Positions 31,928 to 42,827 of a DNA stretch of 64,000 nt are shown here, in pieces. The notes beneath the pieces were generated by a model, which made no database searches, was not told where the DNA came from, and worked only from the letters and a program-made list of their open reading frames with translations. Position 1 is the stretch's first letter, and each line of letters opens with the position of its first letter. Where the stretch lies: assembly GCA_015493475.1 (NCBI GenBank), contig WGDC01000014.1, forward strand, positions 17,385-81,384. Reading direction: 5' to 3'. The stretch is from Deltaproteobacteria bacterium (GTDB lineage Bacteria > Desulfobacterota > Dissulfuribacteria > Dissulfuribacterales > QOAL01). Made by a program: the position numbers and the translations under genes.

Positions 31928-32908
31928 CTAACCTTCCGCAGCCCTCTGGAGGTCTATTATGCCCTCCGTACCTGGATAGTCCTTTCTAGCGTACCTTGTA
32001 ATATCCGTGAGCTTGTGAACGAGTTCTCCAAGGTACTCAACCTGCGTTTCAAGCCTTAAAAGGGGTTTCCTGTCTAAAGATGAAGAGGAGGAACGAAGAA
32101 GCTCGCAATTAAGGAGAATTGCCTGGAGGGGCTGACTGAACTCGTGGGCCACGGCCCCTGCCATCTCCACAATACCTTCGAGGCGCTGCTGTTCAAGAAG
32201 CGCCTTTTGCGCCTCCTTCAGCTCTGTTATATCGAGAATCAACACAGCAATCTCGTTGCCTTCGGGCCTTTTTGTAGAAGAAATCAGGAACCACCTTTCA
32301 GTTTCTTCGTCAAAATACTCAAAATTGCCTTTTTTACTGCTGCTTATCATTTCCTCAATAAGTTCCCTGCCAAAGGGCAGCCTCGGCGCCCCAAGCTGTT
32401 CTGTCAGGTTAAAAAGCTCCCATGCAGACTTGTTGGCCCACTGGATGCAGCCTTCAAGGTCTATGATGACCAGGCCTGCACCTATACGCGAAATGACCTT
32501 TCCCCAGAGCTCCCTTTCCAGGCTGACCCTTCTCTCTATGCTGGCGATTTCCACCGCTCGCTGGATAATGTCCTTAAGCTGCTTTGCGTCAACAGGCTTC
32601 TCGAGGTAAGAGAACGCACCCTTCTTCATGGATATGACCGCGTCGTCAACCTTTCCATAGGCCGTCATTATGATAACGGGGATGAAAGGCGCAATCTCTT
32701 TTATCTTGGACAGGAGCTCTACACCCTTTAGACCGTCCATCCTCTGATCGGTAAGTACGAGATCGAAATCGCCATCCTTGAACAGGTTGAGGGCATCCAT
32801 GGGATTGTCACAGGATGTGACGTTGAGCCCCATAAGCTCCAGACGCATCTTCAAGACCGTCAAGATGTTTTCGTCATCGTCAACAAGAAGAATTTTTTTG
32901 GTGGGCAT
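31928..32908 (-). CDS. Response regulator with PAS-like and HisKA-like domains (no HATPase)
   Basis: ILLVDDD, LTDQRM, MTAYG, KP; MAGAVAHEFSQPLQ H-box; start moved to ATG 32908. Confidence 0.85.
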   Translation of the reverse strand: MPTKKILLVDDDENILTVLKMRLELMGLNVTSCDNPMDALNLFKDGDFDLVLTDQRMDGLKGVELLSKIKEIAPFIPVIIMTAYGKVDDAVISMKKGAFSYLEKPVDAKQLKDIIQRAVEIASIERRVSLERELWGKVISRIGAGLVIIDLEGCIQWANKSAWELFNLTEQLGAPRLPFGRELIEEMISSSKKGNFEYFDEETERWFLISSTKRPEGNEIAVLILDITELKEAQKALLEQQRLEGIVEMAGAVAHEFSQPLQAILLNCELLRSSSSSLDRKPLLRLETQVEYLGELVHKLTDITRYARKDYPGTEGIIDLQRAAEG

Positions 32909-33002
32909 AATTTTTATCCTTAACGATATTGACAAATCTCCAACCTGTTTTATAAGCAAATTATATACCTTAATAGAGAAACATGAAACGGGCAAATTTA
33001 GA

Positions 33003-33865
33003 TAACATAAGAAAAACAGTGGAAAAACTTGCCGTTCACATCGGTCCAAGGCCAATAAAACGGCGGGACAGACTGGCAAAGGCAAGGACCTTCATAGCCG
33101 AGTCCTTCCGGGGCTTCGGCATGTCCGTCGCCCTTCAACCCGTGATCTACATGGGGATTTAGTACCATAATATCATCGCCGGATGGAAGCGAAGCGCCAC
33201 CCTTTCCATGCATGAAAAGGCCATCCTTGTAGTAGGAGCCCACTACGATACTGTCTCTTCTACGCCTGGATCCGACGACAACGCAAGCGGCGTCGCGGCC
33301 CTCATAGAAACCGCAAACCTCCTTTCTCCTGTGGAACTTGACAACGTCATCTTCGCCGCCTTTTGTATGGAAGAACCACCGGTTTTCAGTACAAGGAACA
33401 TGGGAAGCCACCGTTATGCGAAACACCTAAAAAAATGGGCCAGAAGCTCATGGGAATGATTTGCCTTGAGATTGGTCGGCTACTTTTCAAACAGGCCGGA
33501 TAGCCAGCAATACCCCTTTCCCTTCATGGACAGGTTGTATCGAGACACGGGAGACTTTATAGCAATTGTTGGAAACCTGAAATCCTGAGACCTGACATTG
33601 AGATTGAAGAAACTTTTCAGGGAATACAGCCCTATTCCGGTAGAGACCTTGAATGCCCCTGCTATCATGGTCGGCATTGATTTTTCAGACCACTGGGCCT
33701 TTCAAAAACTCGGTTACAAGGCCATAATGGTGACAGACACCGCCTTTTACGGAACCCGAATTACCACAGGGCAACCGACACCCCTTCCACGCTCAACTAC
33801 AAAAAGGCCGCCCAGATCGTGGACGGCCTTGCAGGTTCCATTTCCAATATTTGCTCCATTGGTTA
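33003..33865 (+). pseudogene. M28 family peptidase pseudogene
   Basis: GAHYD, GSDDNASG, EEPP, SDHW-F, MVTDTAF spread over several frames; frameshifts near 33435, 33470, 33750 and TGA at 33586. Confidence 0.85.
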
Positions 33866-34351
33866 ATCCCTATGCCACTCAATACGCACGCTATTTTCGC
33901 CGTCTCCGTATTCAATGCCGTAGCTGCCCTGGTAGGAACGCCGTACCGCCTCGCCTATACGTTTCGCAAGGTGAATACCAGTAGTAAGCACCTCTACAGC
34001 ACCGTCCTCATTTCTTGTCTCCATTATCCTTTCCAGTGGATGCTCGGCCTTTTCCGCCTTTTCCTCATTCCTTATAAGGTTCAATATCTCCTTGCCATGT
34101 CCCTTTAGAAACCTACCGCTGAGCCTGATCACGCCGGCAGCCATCTTCTCCCTTATTCTCCTGCAGGCAGGGCACAGAGCCCTATTGGCCTTATCAGGCC
34201 TTTCTTCCATCCACGCCCAGCGGCCGCCTGAATAGACACAGCCGCAACCTGTACACACTGTCGGCTCAGGAAACTTTTCGGTTGAGCGGTAGGGATCGTG
34301 CCTTTTTTCCTTAACCAGCCTGTCAAGCCTGCCAAACTTGCCTTTGTCCAT
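33863..34351 (-). CDS. BCAM0308-like protein (CxxC...CxxC)
   Basis: HDPY, EPTVC-GC, GRW-W, CPAC-RI, HPLERIM, TT-HLA-RIG; RBS GGAGG. Confidence 0.8.
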   Translation of the reverse strand: MDKGKFGRLDRLVKEKRHDPYRSTEKFPEPTVCTGCGCVYSGGRWAWMEERPDKANRALCPACRRIREKMAAGVIRLSGRFLKGHGKEILNLIRNEEKAEKAEHPLERIMETRNEDGAVEVLTTGIHLAKRIGEAVRRSYQGSYGIEYGDGENSVRIEWHRD

Positions 34352-34452
34352 AAGCACCTCCTCGGCTCTTTAATAGGGAACACAACCGAACCACCTTTCT
34401 ATTATTAAAGGTAGGTACCAGCCAACCCATGGACAAGGGCACAGGTCACCGA

Positions 34453-35010
34453 CTATTTCTTTTGGTAAGTCCCCAAAAGGACCGCTTCTGATAAAACATG
34501 GCCATCCATGGCAGCCTCGAGCTCTGGCCTTGTGGGACGCTTCAGGCTATCAAGCATCGTGTCAAGGGCGTAGAGCCTGAAAAAATACCTGTGACATCCG
34601 ATAGGGGGACATGGCCCTCCGTATCCGGTCCTGTGCCAGTCGTTCAGCCCGGATTTCACTCCAGGGGGAAGCATGGCATCTGTTACGCCCTCACGGAGTT
34701 CGTCTATTTCGGAGGGAATATCAAAAAGTATCCAGTGTACCCAGATCATCTTTGGGTTTGCCGGATCAGGTGCATCCGGGTCCTCCACAATCAGGGCGAA
34801 GCTCTTGGTGCCTTGAGGAACACCATCCCACTCAAGCGGCGGGGATACATCCTTACCATCGCAGGTGTAGATAGCCGGAATTTCGCCGCCATTTTCAAAG
34901 GCTGCGGACCTGAGTTGAAAAGACATTGCAACCTCCCCTGATACAAGATTAAAGGCCATGAACAAAAATGATAGCAAGAGAAAATAGACAATATGGCTAA
35001 ATTTTTTCAT
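34453..35010 (-). CDS. YbhB/YbcL (PEBP-like) protein
   Basis: YTCDG-DVSPPL-W, DPDAP, WVHW, YGGPCPP-G-HRY; start 35010 (with signal peptide) or 34926. Confidence 0.92.
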   Translation of the reverse strand: MKKFSHIVYFLLLSFLFMAFNLVSGEVAMSFQLRSAAFENGGEIPAIYTCDGKDVSPPLEWDGVPQGTKSFALIVEDPDAPDPANPKMIWVHWILFDIPSEIDELREGVTDAMLPPGVKSGLNDWHRTGYGGPCPPIGCHRYFFRLYALDTMLDSLKRPTRPELEAAMDGHVLSEAVLLGTYQKK

Positions 35011-35260
35011 ACCTTTAATCTTATCAAAAAACTCAGGTCTTTTGAACTGCCAATTGGGACTTGACCATTTCACGAAAGCGCTTAGCTTCTTTCAAGGAAA
35101 GCCATTGATAAGTCGTTTGCCTCTGTGATGAATGCGTTCTTATTGCAGGAAAATGTACAGGCGCATCAAGTTTGTATACCATTTTTGTGGATGCTCAATC
35201 AATGTCAATGAAAATGGAAGCCGTTTTTCAACCGCCGGCAAAGGAAAAAAGGAGGCAGCC

Positions 35261-35650
35261 ATGACGAAGAGCAGAAGACCACTGACAAAGAAAGAAATAG
35301 GTGAATTCAGAAAACTACTCCTTGAAAAGAGGGAAGAAATATGGAAGGAGATCAGAACCGAGTTGAAGTCCAGGGTAAGCGAGGAATATCATGGACTCAT
35401 AAACGACGTTAACGATGAACAGGACCTGGCCCAGATAGACCTCCAGGAAGAGGTTGTCCTCGGAGTCTTGGAGACCAGGAAAAAAGAGCTCGAGGCCATC
35501 AGCCAGGCCCTGTGGAGAATTGAACACGGCGAGTACGGACGATGCATTGAGTGCGAAGACTGGATATGCACAGAAAGGCTTAAGGTGAGACCCTGGGCCG
35601 TCTACTGTATCCCGTGCAAGGAGAGGCTTGAGAAGCTTGGAAAGGTGTAG
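35261..35650 (+). CDS. TraR/DksA family C4 zinc-finger protein
   Basis: AL-RI-GEYGRCIEC, ERL-P-A-YCIPC; RBS GGAGG before ATG 35261. Confidence 0.9.
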   Translation: MTKSRRPLTKKEIGEFRKLLLEKREEIWKEIRTELKSRVSEEYHGLINDVNDEQDLAQIDLQEEVVLGVLETRKKELEAISQALWRIEHGEYGRCIECEDWICTERLKVRPWAVYCIPCKERLEKLGKV

Positions 35651-35665
35651 GCCCGTATTCCAATA

Positions 35666-36619
35666 TCACCTGCGAAGAGCCGATAAAAGAGCACCCTCCG
35701 CTGCATGAGGGTCAATCTGCCTAAGACAGACAGGCTCCGGACATTTCCTATAGCTTTCTCCACAGGGGCTGCATGGGGCCTTGCTTCTAAAAACTGTTAC
35801 ATTCCTGCAGACAGGCGCCCAGAGCTCCGGGTTGGTGGGTCCGAAGTTGATATATGTTCTCGCCCCGCACCATGCTGACAGATGAGAAACGCCAGAATCA
35901 TTTCCCCAGAAAACCCTGGTCCGCCCGAGAAGGTTGGATAGGCCTCCGAGATCGAATCCCATTGCAATTTGAACCCTTCCATCAAAGCCGCGAGCGAACC
36001 TTTCCACATCCTCTATCATACCTCCTTCGGCAGGTCCCAGGATGAAACAGCAGGTCATCCCGGGGGCATTATCGAGGAGCCTTGCCGCCACGTCCATGAA
36101 CATTGACAGTGGCAGGTTCTTCATAGCACTGCCACTGCCCGGATGAATAGACAGGTCAAATCCCTCCCGCTCATCCATAGCCATTGAATATGAAAGGGGC
36201 ATCAGGAAATCACCAAAATCTGCCCCCTTTTCGTTTAACTCGTTGCAGACCTGCTGAAACTGAAAGGCCGAGCAGTTTGTGCCGCCTGGCCCTTCATCCA
36301 CCGTGAATATAACCCTTGCCTTCAGCCTGGAATCCGGCATCATTAAGATGGTTGGGACAAGACCCCTCCTTCTCGTAAACCACCAGATATCATCAAAATA
36401 ATCGAGATGCGGAGGAATCGTTCCGGTAAAAAGCTGTGAAAATGCCGCTGAATTTGCGGGGAACACAGAGGTAACCTCGCCGATAGCCTTGAAAAAAAGG
36501 CATCTCTCCGGATCACCCGCCAATGTGAAATCCCCGAGGTGTTTCTTTATTAAACGAAGAGCGGGCAGAGACAACAACAGGTCCCCAAGGGCACCCTGGT
36601 TCACGACCAAAGTTCGCAT
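35666..36619 (-). CDS. Glycosyltransferase family 9 (heptosyltransferase-like)
   Basis: GALGDLL, IHPGSG, GNDSG-SHL, FGPT-P-W-P, C-terminal CSPC-C-C. Confidence 0.88.
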   Translation of the reverse strand: MRTLVVNQGALGDLLLSLPALRLIKKHLGDFTLAGDPERCLFFKAIGEVTSVFPANSAAFSQLFTGTIPPHLDYFDDIWWFTRRRGLVPTILMMPDSRLKARVIFTVDEGPGGTNCSAFQFQQVCNELNEKGADFGDFLMPLSYSMAMDEREGFDLSIHPGSGSAMKNLPLSMFMDVAARLLDNAPGMTCCFILGPAEGGMIEDVERFARGFDGRVQIAMGFDLGGLSNLLGRTRVFWGNDSGVSHLSAWCGARTYINFGPTNPELWAPVCRNVTVFRSKAPCSPCGESYRKCPEPVCLRQIDPHAAEGALLSALRR

Positions 36620-36785
36620 AGAACCTCCAATGTCCAAAATGATTACGCCCTAGGCGAGGCCGTGGCAGAAAAACGCTACAAATAACCGGATAAATAAGTT
36701 ACAGTGTTGGCCTTGTAGGGAATAATAATACCAAGTCGGAGTGACGACTACAGGAACCGTCCATTTTTCAAGGAGGAAATACTAA

Positions 36786-38006
36786 ATGGCAGGGGAAAAG
36801 ATCACTATAAATACAGACAACACCATAAGCGTACCTGAAAATCCCATCATTCCCTTCATAGAGGGAGACGGGATAGGCCCGGATATATGGCAGGCTACCC
36901 GCATGGTGCTTGATTCAGCGGTCGAGAAGGCTTACGGCGGCAGGCGCTCCATTTCATGGAAGGAAATATTCGCCGGGGAAAAGGCCATGGAAAAGACCGG
37001 CGAGTACCTTCCCAAGGAAACCCTTGAGGCCCTCTCGGAATACGTGGTCGCCATAAAGGGCCCCCTTACAACCCCTGTTGGTGAAGGAATAAGGAGTCTT
37101 AACGTCACTTTAAGGCAGGTGCTTAACCTTTATGCATGCGTGAGGCCTGTACGTTATTTCAGTGGTGTTCCAAGCCCCGTAAAGAGGCCGGAGCTTGTAG
37201 ACATGATCATATTCAGGGAAAATACGGAAGATGTCTATGCCGGCATCGAGTGGGCCGCAGGAAGCCCGGAGGCCATGAAGGTAATAGATTTTCTCGGAAA
37301 GGAACTCGGCGCTGATATCCGCCCGGACTCCGGTATCGGCATAAAGCCTATTAGCAGGACGGGTACCTTCAGGCTTATGAAAAAGGCGGTCAGGTACGCC
37401 ATCGACAACAACAGGGATTCTGTCACCATAGTTCACAAGGGTAACATCATGAAATACACAGAGGGGGCATTCAGAAACTGGGGCTACGAGCTTGCAGAAA
37501 CTGAATTCCCCCAAGAAACCATAACGGAAGCCGCCGTATGGGAAAAGCACGGTGGCAAGGTTCCGGAAGGAAAGATAGTAATAAAGGATCGCATTGCTGA
37601 TGCCATGTTCCAGCAGATACTTTTAAGACCTTCTGAGTATGGGGTACTTGCCCTGCCAAACCTTAACGGGGATTACATGTCGGACGCCCTGGCAGCCCAG
37701 GTGGGAGGGCTCGGCATGGCTCCAGGTGCAAACATTGGAGACGGGGTGGCACTCTTTGAGGCAACCCACGGCACGGCGCCAAAATATGCGGGCCTCGACA
37801 AGGTGAATCCCGGTTCCTTGATCCTTTCAGGGGCCATGATGCTTGAATACCTAGGCTGGTTAGAGGCGAGAGACAGGATATACAGTGGCATCGAAAAGGC
37901 CATCGCAAAAAAAAGGGTCACCTACGACCTTGCGCGTCAGATACCAGATGCCACAGAGGTAAAATGCTCCGAGTTTGCAAAAAGTATCATTGAATCCATG
38001 GATTAG
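36786..38006 (+). CDS. icd: Isocitrate dehydrogenase (NADP)
   Basis: [47 protein letters not shown]. Confidence 0.98.
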   Translation: MAGEKITINTDNTISVPENPIIPFIEGDGIGPDIWQATRMVLDSAVEKAYGGRRSISWKEIFAGEKAMEKTGEYLPKETLEALSEYVVAIKGPLTTPVGEGIRSLNVTLRQVLNLYACVRPVRYFSGVPSPVKRPELVDMIIFRENTEDVYAGIEWAAGSPEAMKVIDFLGKELGADIRPDSGIGIKPISRTGTFRLMKKAVRYAIDNNRDSVTIVHKGNIMKYTEGAFRNWGYELAETEFPQETITEAAVWEKHGGKVPEGKIVIKDRIADAMFQQILLRPSEYGVLALPNLNGDYMSDALAAQVGGLGMAPGANIGDGVALFEATHGTAPKYAGLDKVNPGSLILSGAMMLEYLGWLEARDRIYSGIEKAIAKKRVTYDLARQIPDATEVKCSEFAKSIIESMD

Positions 38007-38790
38007 CCTGTTAAGAAACTGGCTTTCAAGCCGGACCGGCAGAATTTCCCGCCAGTCTGGCCGGCTTCTCGATTTTGTTTTCCCTCGCCTCTGTCCCGCG
38101 TGCTCATCGCCGACTCCGGTACCATGGAGCCTGCCGTTATGCGCCGAATGCATGGGAAAAATCAGGAAGATTCCGTCACCTATCTGCCCCCGCTGCGGAA
38201 CTCCCCTTGAATCCAGAACCTCTATGACGCATCTTTGTCAAGACTGCATGGTACGACCCGGTCCCATTGACTGGGCAAGATCTGTTCTCGTATACGAAGA
38301 ACCGGTGGCACCCCTCATAAGGAACTTCAAATACCGAGGAGACAACTCCAGCCTCAAGGCTCTTATAGAAATAGCTAGGCCCCTTGCCGAGACTGTCATG
38401 GACTGTGCCCCTGCGGAAATCCACAGCGAGGCTGAGAAAACTTGCGTCGTGCCCGTTCCCCTCCATCCAAGGCGGCTCAGAAAAAGGATGTTCAACCAGG
38501 CCCTTGTCATGGCGCGGGCGCTATTTCCCGGTCTGATAGTGAAACATGGCATGGTCCGGAGAACAGTTCACAACTCTCCCCAGAGAGGACTTTCAAGGAA
38601 AGAGAGGCGTCAAAATGTGAGGGGCATATTCGAGGCCGGCTCCATAGAAGACTTCAGCCATTTCATCATTTTTGACGATGTCCTGACAACAGGCAGCACG
38701 GTCCGTGAAATGGCTCGGATGCTTAAGGGAAAAGGGGCCAGGAAGGTACTCGCGCTTACCCTTGCCCGTACATTAAGGGATGTCTGCTAA
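37975..38790 (+). CDS. comF: ComF family protein (double zinc ribbon plus PRTase domain)
   Basis: Four CxxC pairs, [19 protein letters not shown]; start uncertain. Confidence 0.9.
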   Translation: MQKVSLNPWISLLRNWLSSRTGRISRQSGRLLDFVFPRLCPACSSPTPVPWSLPLCAECMGKIRKIPSPICPRCGTPLESRTSMTHLCQDCMVRPGPIDWARSVLVYEEPVAPLIRNFKYRGDNSSLKALIEIARPLAETVMDCAPAEIHSEAEKTCVVPVPLHPRRLRKRMFNQALVMARALFPGLIVKHGMVRRTVHNSPQRGLSRKERRQNVRGIFEAGSIEDFSHFIIFDDVLTTGSTVREMARMLKGKGARKVLALTLARTLRDVC

Positions 38791-39998
38791 TGAACAAGCC
38801 CCCAGTGGCCCGAAAAAAACCTGAGGACTGAAAGGGAGGACGGATCAAGACGCGAATGATCCCTCTTGTCAAAGTAAAATTTCCCCACCACCCCGCGATA
38901 GCCCTTGATACCCTTTTCAAGAACCGATCTCAGGGCCTTGCGGCTGCCCACTCCTCCCCTTGTCGATTTGAGGGCCATGACCACCACGTGCAGCGCATCC
39001 CAGGCCTGTGCAGCATAAAGCCGTGCTCCAAAAGGAAGGACGTCAAGTTCACTGCCCCATTTGTTGAGAAAATTCCTTGCGCTGAAGGAAAGCCCCCTTC
39101 TCAGTCCCTCCGGGGCAAGAGCAGATGGGACAGCCACAAAGATGAGCTCGCTTCCGGTCGAGTTTCCAGCCTGCAACAATGACGGATCAAAAAGCCCGTG
39201 AGATATCCCGATAGGCAGGTCCGCCCCGTGAAGCGAATTTATCACAAGGGGCATTGCCGAGCTGTTCGCCCATAACAGAGCAGCGTCCGGATCACACCTG
39301 TCTATGAAGGCAAACTTTCTCGCCACGTCCTCCTTGTTAAGATTGAATCCTTGGGCACACCCGATCTTTAAGCCGTATTCCGGGGCGTATCCACGTATCC
39401 ATAGAAAAAGTTCCCTGTAAAATTCACCCGCCTCGACTATGACACCGAGGTTCTGGTAACCGCGCCTCTTGAAAACCGAGAAAAGTGCCTTCAGCTCCGA
39501 TGAAAAATTAAGCGTAGTGGAAAAAATCCACTTCGTCTTCAGCCCGGAGAATGTCAGTACCGGAGCTGTGCCAGATATTAATACAAGCGGTATCCTGCTC
39601 TTTTCCGCGAACTTCCTCAGTAAGATACAATTTTGTGGTGCAGAGGGGCCTATCAAAGCCACCACGCCCTGATCCTTCAACTTGGTAGCGCCTTCTATCA
39701 TCCTCTTGCCGTCTGAGGCCGTATCAAAAACAGTTATTTCAATGTGTCTTCCCCCTACGCCGCCAAGCAGATTGATATCCTCCACTGCAAACTGGATCGA
39801 TTTGTACGCTGCCTCTCCACTCTGGCTCAATGGTCCCGACAGATCGAGGAGTACACCTATTCGGACCTGCCCTGCGAGAGCGCTGTAAACGGTATGGGCA
39901 AAGATGACCTGCATGAAAAGCAGGCAGAGCACGGCACAAGCCGCCACGGGACAAGCATTACTACCCGTCATTTTCCAACGTATGCCAGACAAACCCAA
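38787..39998 (-). CDS. Branched-chain amino acid type periplasmic binding protein
   Basis: RIGVL-DLSGP, AVEDIN-GGV-GR-I, AWDA; start uncertain. Confidence 0.8.
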   Translation of the reverse strand: MGLSGIRWKMTGSNACPVAACAVLCLLFMQVIFAHTVYSALAGQVRIGVLLDLSGPLSQSGEAAYKSIQFAVEDINLLGGVGGRHIEITVFDTASDGKRMIEGATKLKDQGVVALIGPSAPQNCILLRKFAEKSRIPLVLISGTAPVLTFSGLKTKWIFSTTLNFSSELKALFSVFKRRGYQNLGVIVEAGEFYRELFLWIRGYAPEYGLKIGCAQGFNLNKEDVARKFAFIDRCDPDAALLWANSSAMPLVINSLHGADLPIGISHGLFDPSLLQAGNSTGSELIFVAVPSALAPEGLRRGLSFSARNFLNKWGSELDVLPFGARLYAAQAWDALHVVVMALKSTRGGVGSRKALRSVLEKGIKGYRGVVGKFYFDKRDHSRLDPSSLSVLRFFSGHWGLVH

Positions 39999-40859
39999 TC
40001 ACCTCAGAAGCTTCAATTGCCTCTTGGCCGCCTTTGCCTGAGGGGTCGTCGGAAAACTCTTTATGAGCCTTTTCAGTAGTATCCTTGCGCTTTCCTTGTC
40101 TCCAAGCTTTGCAAATGCAAATCCCTGTTTAAGCAGCGCATCCGGCACCTTGTTACTCTTGGGAAACTTGTTAATGACCTTATTATATTCAAGAATGGCC
40201 TCCTCATATCTGGAACGCTTGTATTCACATTCACCTATCCAGAAATGAGCGTTCGCCACCATTGGGGAGCCCGGATGCTGTTTTATGAAATCCCTGAAGG
40301 CGGACTTAGCCTCCTGATACTTCTGCATCTTAAACAGCTTGAGCCCCTCACGGTAAAGGTCTTCAGGCCTTGCAGCCGGCTTTGGCTCCTGGACCTGGAC
40401 TTCCTCCTGAACTGTGGCGGACTTGGCGCCCCGAGGGGAGACCGTGCTGACACCCGGCTGTACGGCAGGAGACATTTTACCAACTCTTTCAAGGCTTGAC
40501 TGTATCTCCTCCTTAAGCTGTGCAAGCTCTGTCTCCTCTCTTTCCTGATTGTACTTGAGCTGGTCCACGAGGCCGTTCAACCTCATAAGCTCGCTTTCCA
40601 GGCCGTCGATACGGGCGTTCAGCCTTGCCACTGACTTTCGACCGTTTTCACCACTCTGGCCCTCTACCTCTACCATTCGCTTCTTGAGGGTTTCAACCTC
40701 CTGGCCAATCCTGTGGGTCTCTATTTGAAGCCCGGAAACATTCCTGTCAAGCATGTCAAGCTGGGCCTGAGGCGCACATCCACCAAGAAAAAGGGCCAGT
40801 AAAATGATAAAAACTGGCACGGGCCGGGCAAACAGGTGTATCTTGTGAGCTGATTGCAT
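39999..40859 (-). CDS. cpoB: Tol-Pal system protein CpoB/YbgF
   Basis: Lipobox LGGC, coiled coil, TPR ANAHFWIGE, KVPDALLK; start moved to ATG 40859. Confidence 0.9.
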   Translation of the reverse strand: MQSAHKIHLFARPVPVFIILLALFLGGCAPQAQLDMLDRNVSGLQIETHRIGQEVETLKKRMVEVEGQSGENGRKSVARLNARIDGLESELMRLNGLVDQLKYNQEREETELAQLKEEIQSSLERVGKMSPAVQPGVSTVSPRGAKSATVQEEVQVQEPKPAARPEDLYREGLKLFKMQKYQEAKSAFRDFIKQHPGSPMVANAHFWIGECEYKRSRYEEAILEYNKVINKFPKSNKVPDALLKQGFAFAKLGDKESARILLKRLIKSFPTTPQAKAAKRQLKLLR

Positions 40860-40872
40860 TGGAAAAAATCCT

Positions 40873-42141
40873 CTACTTGAAAGTATTTGGCCCCCAAAAA
40901 GGAAAAAAGTCCTGTCGGCCATATCTTAAAAGAAGCCTCTGATCCTGTCCATTAGCCTGCATAACGAACAGGTGTTTATTACCACCAGTCCTGTCTGAAC
41001 TGAAGAGAATTTGTCTCCCATCAGGAGACCAGGACGGATTCTCGTTATTTCCTTCAAAGGTAAGCTGCAAGGGGTCTCCGCCCTTGGACGAAATCGTGAA
41101 GACCTGGAATTTCCCTCCGACCCGGCTCACGTAGATGATCCGGTCTCCACATGGTGACCACTCGGGATCTGTGTTGTAGCTTCCCGAGTACGTCAGCCTA
41201 ACGGTCCGGCCTGACGATACATTCATTATATAAAGCTGGGGCCCACCGGCCCTGTCAGATACGAAAACGATCCTTGCCCCATCAGGAGAAAACGATGGAG
41301 AGACATTTATACCAGGTCCGTGGGTAAGCCGTTTTATGATCTGGCCCCTTATGTCCAGGAGGTATATATCAGGACTCCCATCCTTGCTGAGTGTAACAGC
41401 AAGACGCTTGCCTGAGGGATGCCACGCAGGAGACATGTTTACTCCCTGGAAACATGCAAGCTTTCTTATACTCCCGTTCCGGACAGCCTTTATATATAGG
41501 CAGGGGCGGCCGGTTTTGAAGGAAGTGAAAGCGATAAACCGGCCGTCCGGAGAGTATCTTGGGGACATGACAATGGTATGCAGCCATGTCTCTTGCCTGA
41601 TGCCTGTCCCGTCAAAATCTGCCGAATATATTTCGCGGTTCGATGCATTTTCTGAAACAAAAACAATTCTCGACAGGGTTACGCCCGGATGCCCTGTTAT
41701 TGATAGTACGATCTCGTTTGCAAACCTGTGGGCAACCTTCTTGAGATCAGACAGCGTGGCTATATATTTCCGGCCCACTACCATGGTTCCATTGGACAGG
41801 TCATAGAGTTTCAGGATCACCGTGACAGTCCTGCCCTTTCTGGCAAAATCAGTGGTAACCTTGTAATCTATCTTTTCATTTTGGCCCTCTGCTATGCACC
41901 TAAACACTGAAAAAAAGCCCTGAAACAACAAGTCCTTGGACAGGGTATCCACGATCTCCTGAGATGCCTGCCTGTTTTCATAGGTCATGACGGACAGGTT
42001 CGGATCCTGTACCATGACTGGAATTTTTTGGAAATATGGAGAGTTTATATCTATGAAGATCTTTGCGAAGCCATTACAGGCATGAAACAGGAGGAAAAGA
42101 CTTAGAAGGCAAAATGCACCAAGAAATGATTTTTTGTTCAC
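40873..42141 (-). CDS. tolB: Tol-Pal beta-propeller protein TolB
   Basis: AHRFANE, repeated SP-(W/F)SPDG PD40 repeats, SDR-G-PQLY. Confidence 0.92.
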   Translation of the reverse strand: MNKKSFLGAFCLLSLFLLFHACNGFAKIFIDINSPYFQKIPVMVQDPNLSVMTYENRQASQEIVDTLSKDLLFQGFFSVFRCIAEGQNEKIDYKVTTDFARKGRTVTVILKLYDLSNGTMVVGRKYIATLSDLKKVAHRFANEIVLSITGHPGVTLSRIVFVSENASNREIYSADFDGTGIRQETWLHTIVMSPRYSPDGRFIAFTSFKTGRPCLYIKAVRNGSIRKLACFQGVNMSPAWHPSGKRLAVTLSKDGSPDIYLLDIRGQIIKRLTHGPGINVSPSFSPDGARIVFVSDRAGGPQLYIMNVSSGRTVRLTYSGSYNTDPEWSPCGDRIIYVSRVGGKFQVFTISSKGGDPLQLTFEGNNENPSWSPDGRQILFSSDRTGGNKHLFVMQANGQDQRLLLRYGRQDFFPFWGPNTFK

Positions 42142-42180
42142 CTATTTTCCCCTTTGAACTTCTTGACGAACCAATATAAA

Positions 42181-42214
42181 AGGCCCCAGCCAATTTGCAA
42201 ATCAACCGGGGCCT
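42181..42214. terminator. Terminator hairpin downstream of the YTD cluster
   Basis: AGGCCCC...GGGGCCT inverted repeat with T-rich flanks. Confidence 0.5.
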
Positions 42215-42257
42215 CTTTCAATATTCGTTTTATTCGTTTCTTTCTTTTAGTCCAAAG

Positions 42258-42449
42258 CTACCACCAGCTTACTGTCTGATCGGCATCGAAGATCATCTGG
42301 ACCAGCGTGTCGTAATTAGGATCGCCAATATAAAGCCTGAATTCAGCCGCATCCCTGTCACGGCTCAGTATCTCAACAAGTTTCATAGTATCGTCGTTGG
42401 GCTCGGACCTGTAGATATGCAGAATTTTCATCTTTTTTTCTTCGCTCAT
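42258..42449 (-). CDS. Small conserved protein of the YTD cluster (DsrH-like size)
   Basis: RBS GGAGG; KILHI...YD-LV-MIF-D-VSWW. Confidence 0.8.
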   Translation of the reverse strand: MSEEKKMKILHIYRSEPNDDTMKLVEILSRDRDAAEFRLYIGDPNYDTLVQMIFDADQTVSWW

Positions 42450-42467
42450 CTTTTATCCTCCCCTTTG

Positions 42468-42809
42468 TTAGTCTTCTGAACAGGCAGGCGGCGGGGTCTT
42501 GCTCTGTTTTGGCAGGCCGTACGGAATAATCAGGTCAGCCTCCCTAAGCCTTTCGCCCAACTCCTCGAGACTCAGTTTTGTAAGTTCTACGCCCTCCGCA
42601 TCCTCTCCTTCTATGGTAAAAACATCCCCTTCCATGTCCCTGATCCAGTCGATGTTCTCTTTCACGTAATCTGAGAAACGGGGATATTCACTATACATAA
42701 AGCAAGGATAAGAATAATGGTTCTCAACAGCGAGACCAAGCGCTGAACGCACGGCATCACCTGAATACATCCTGTTTTGCATCAAAAAGTAACATTTTTT
42801 TGATTCCAT
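42468..42809 (-). CDS. Conserved protein of the YTD cluster (DsrF-like)
   Basis: RBS GGAGG; DAVRSALGL-VENH, L-EADLIIPY. Confidence 0.78.
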   Translation of the reverse strand: MESKKCYFLMQNRMYSGDAVRSALGLAVENHYSYPCFMYSEYPRFSDYVKENIDWIRDMEGDVFTIEGEDAEGVELTKLSLEELGERLREADLIIPYGLPKQSKTPPPACSED

Positions 42810-42827
42810 GGTTTTATGCCTCCTGCA

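Noticed and set aside
33586-33588. In-frame TGA in the M28 peptidase as a possible Sec codon
   Set aside because: The gene also has several frameshifts, the context (GNLKS*) is not a Cys motif and no hairpin was evident; it is a nonsense mutation
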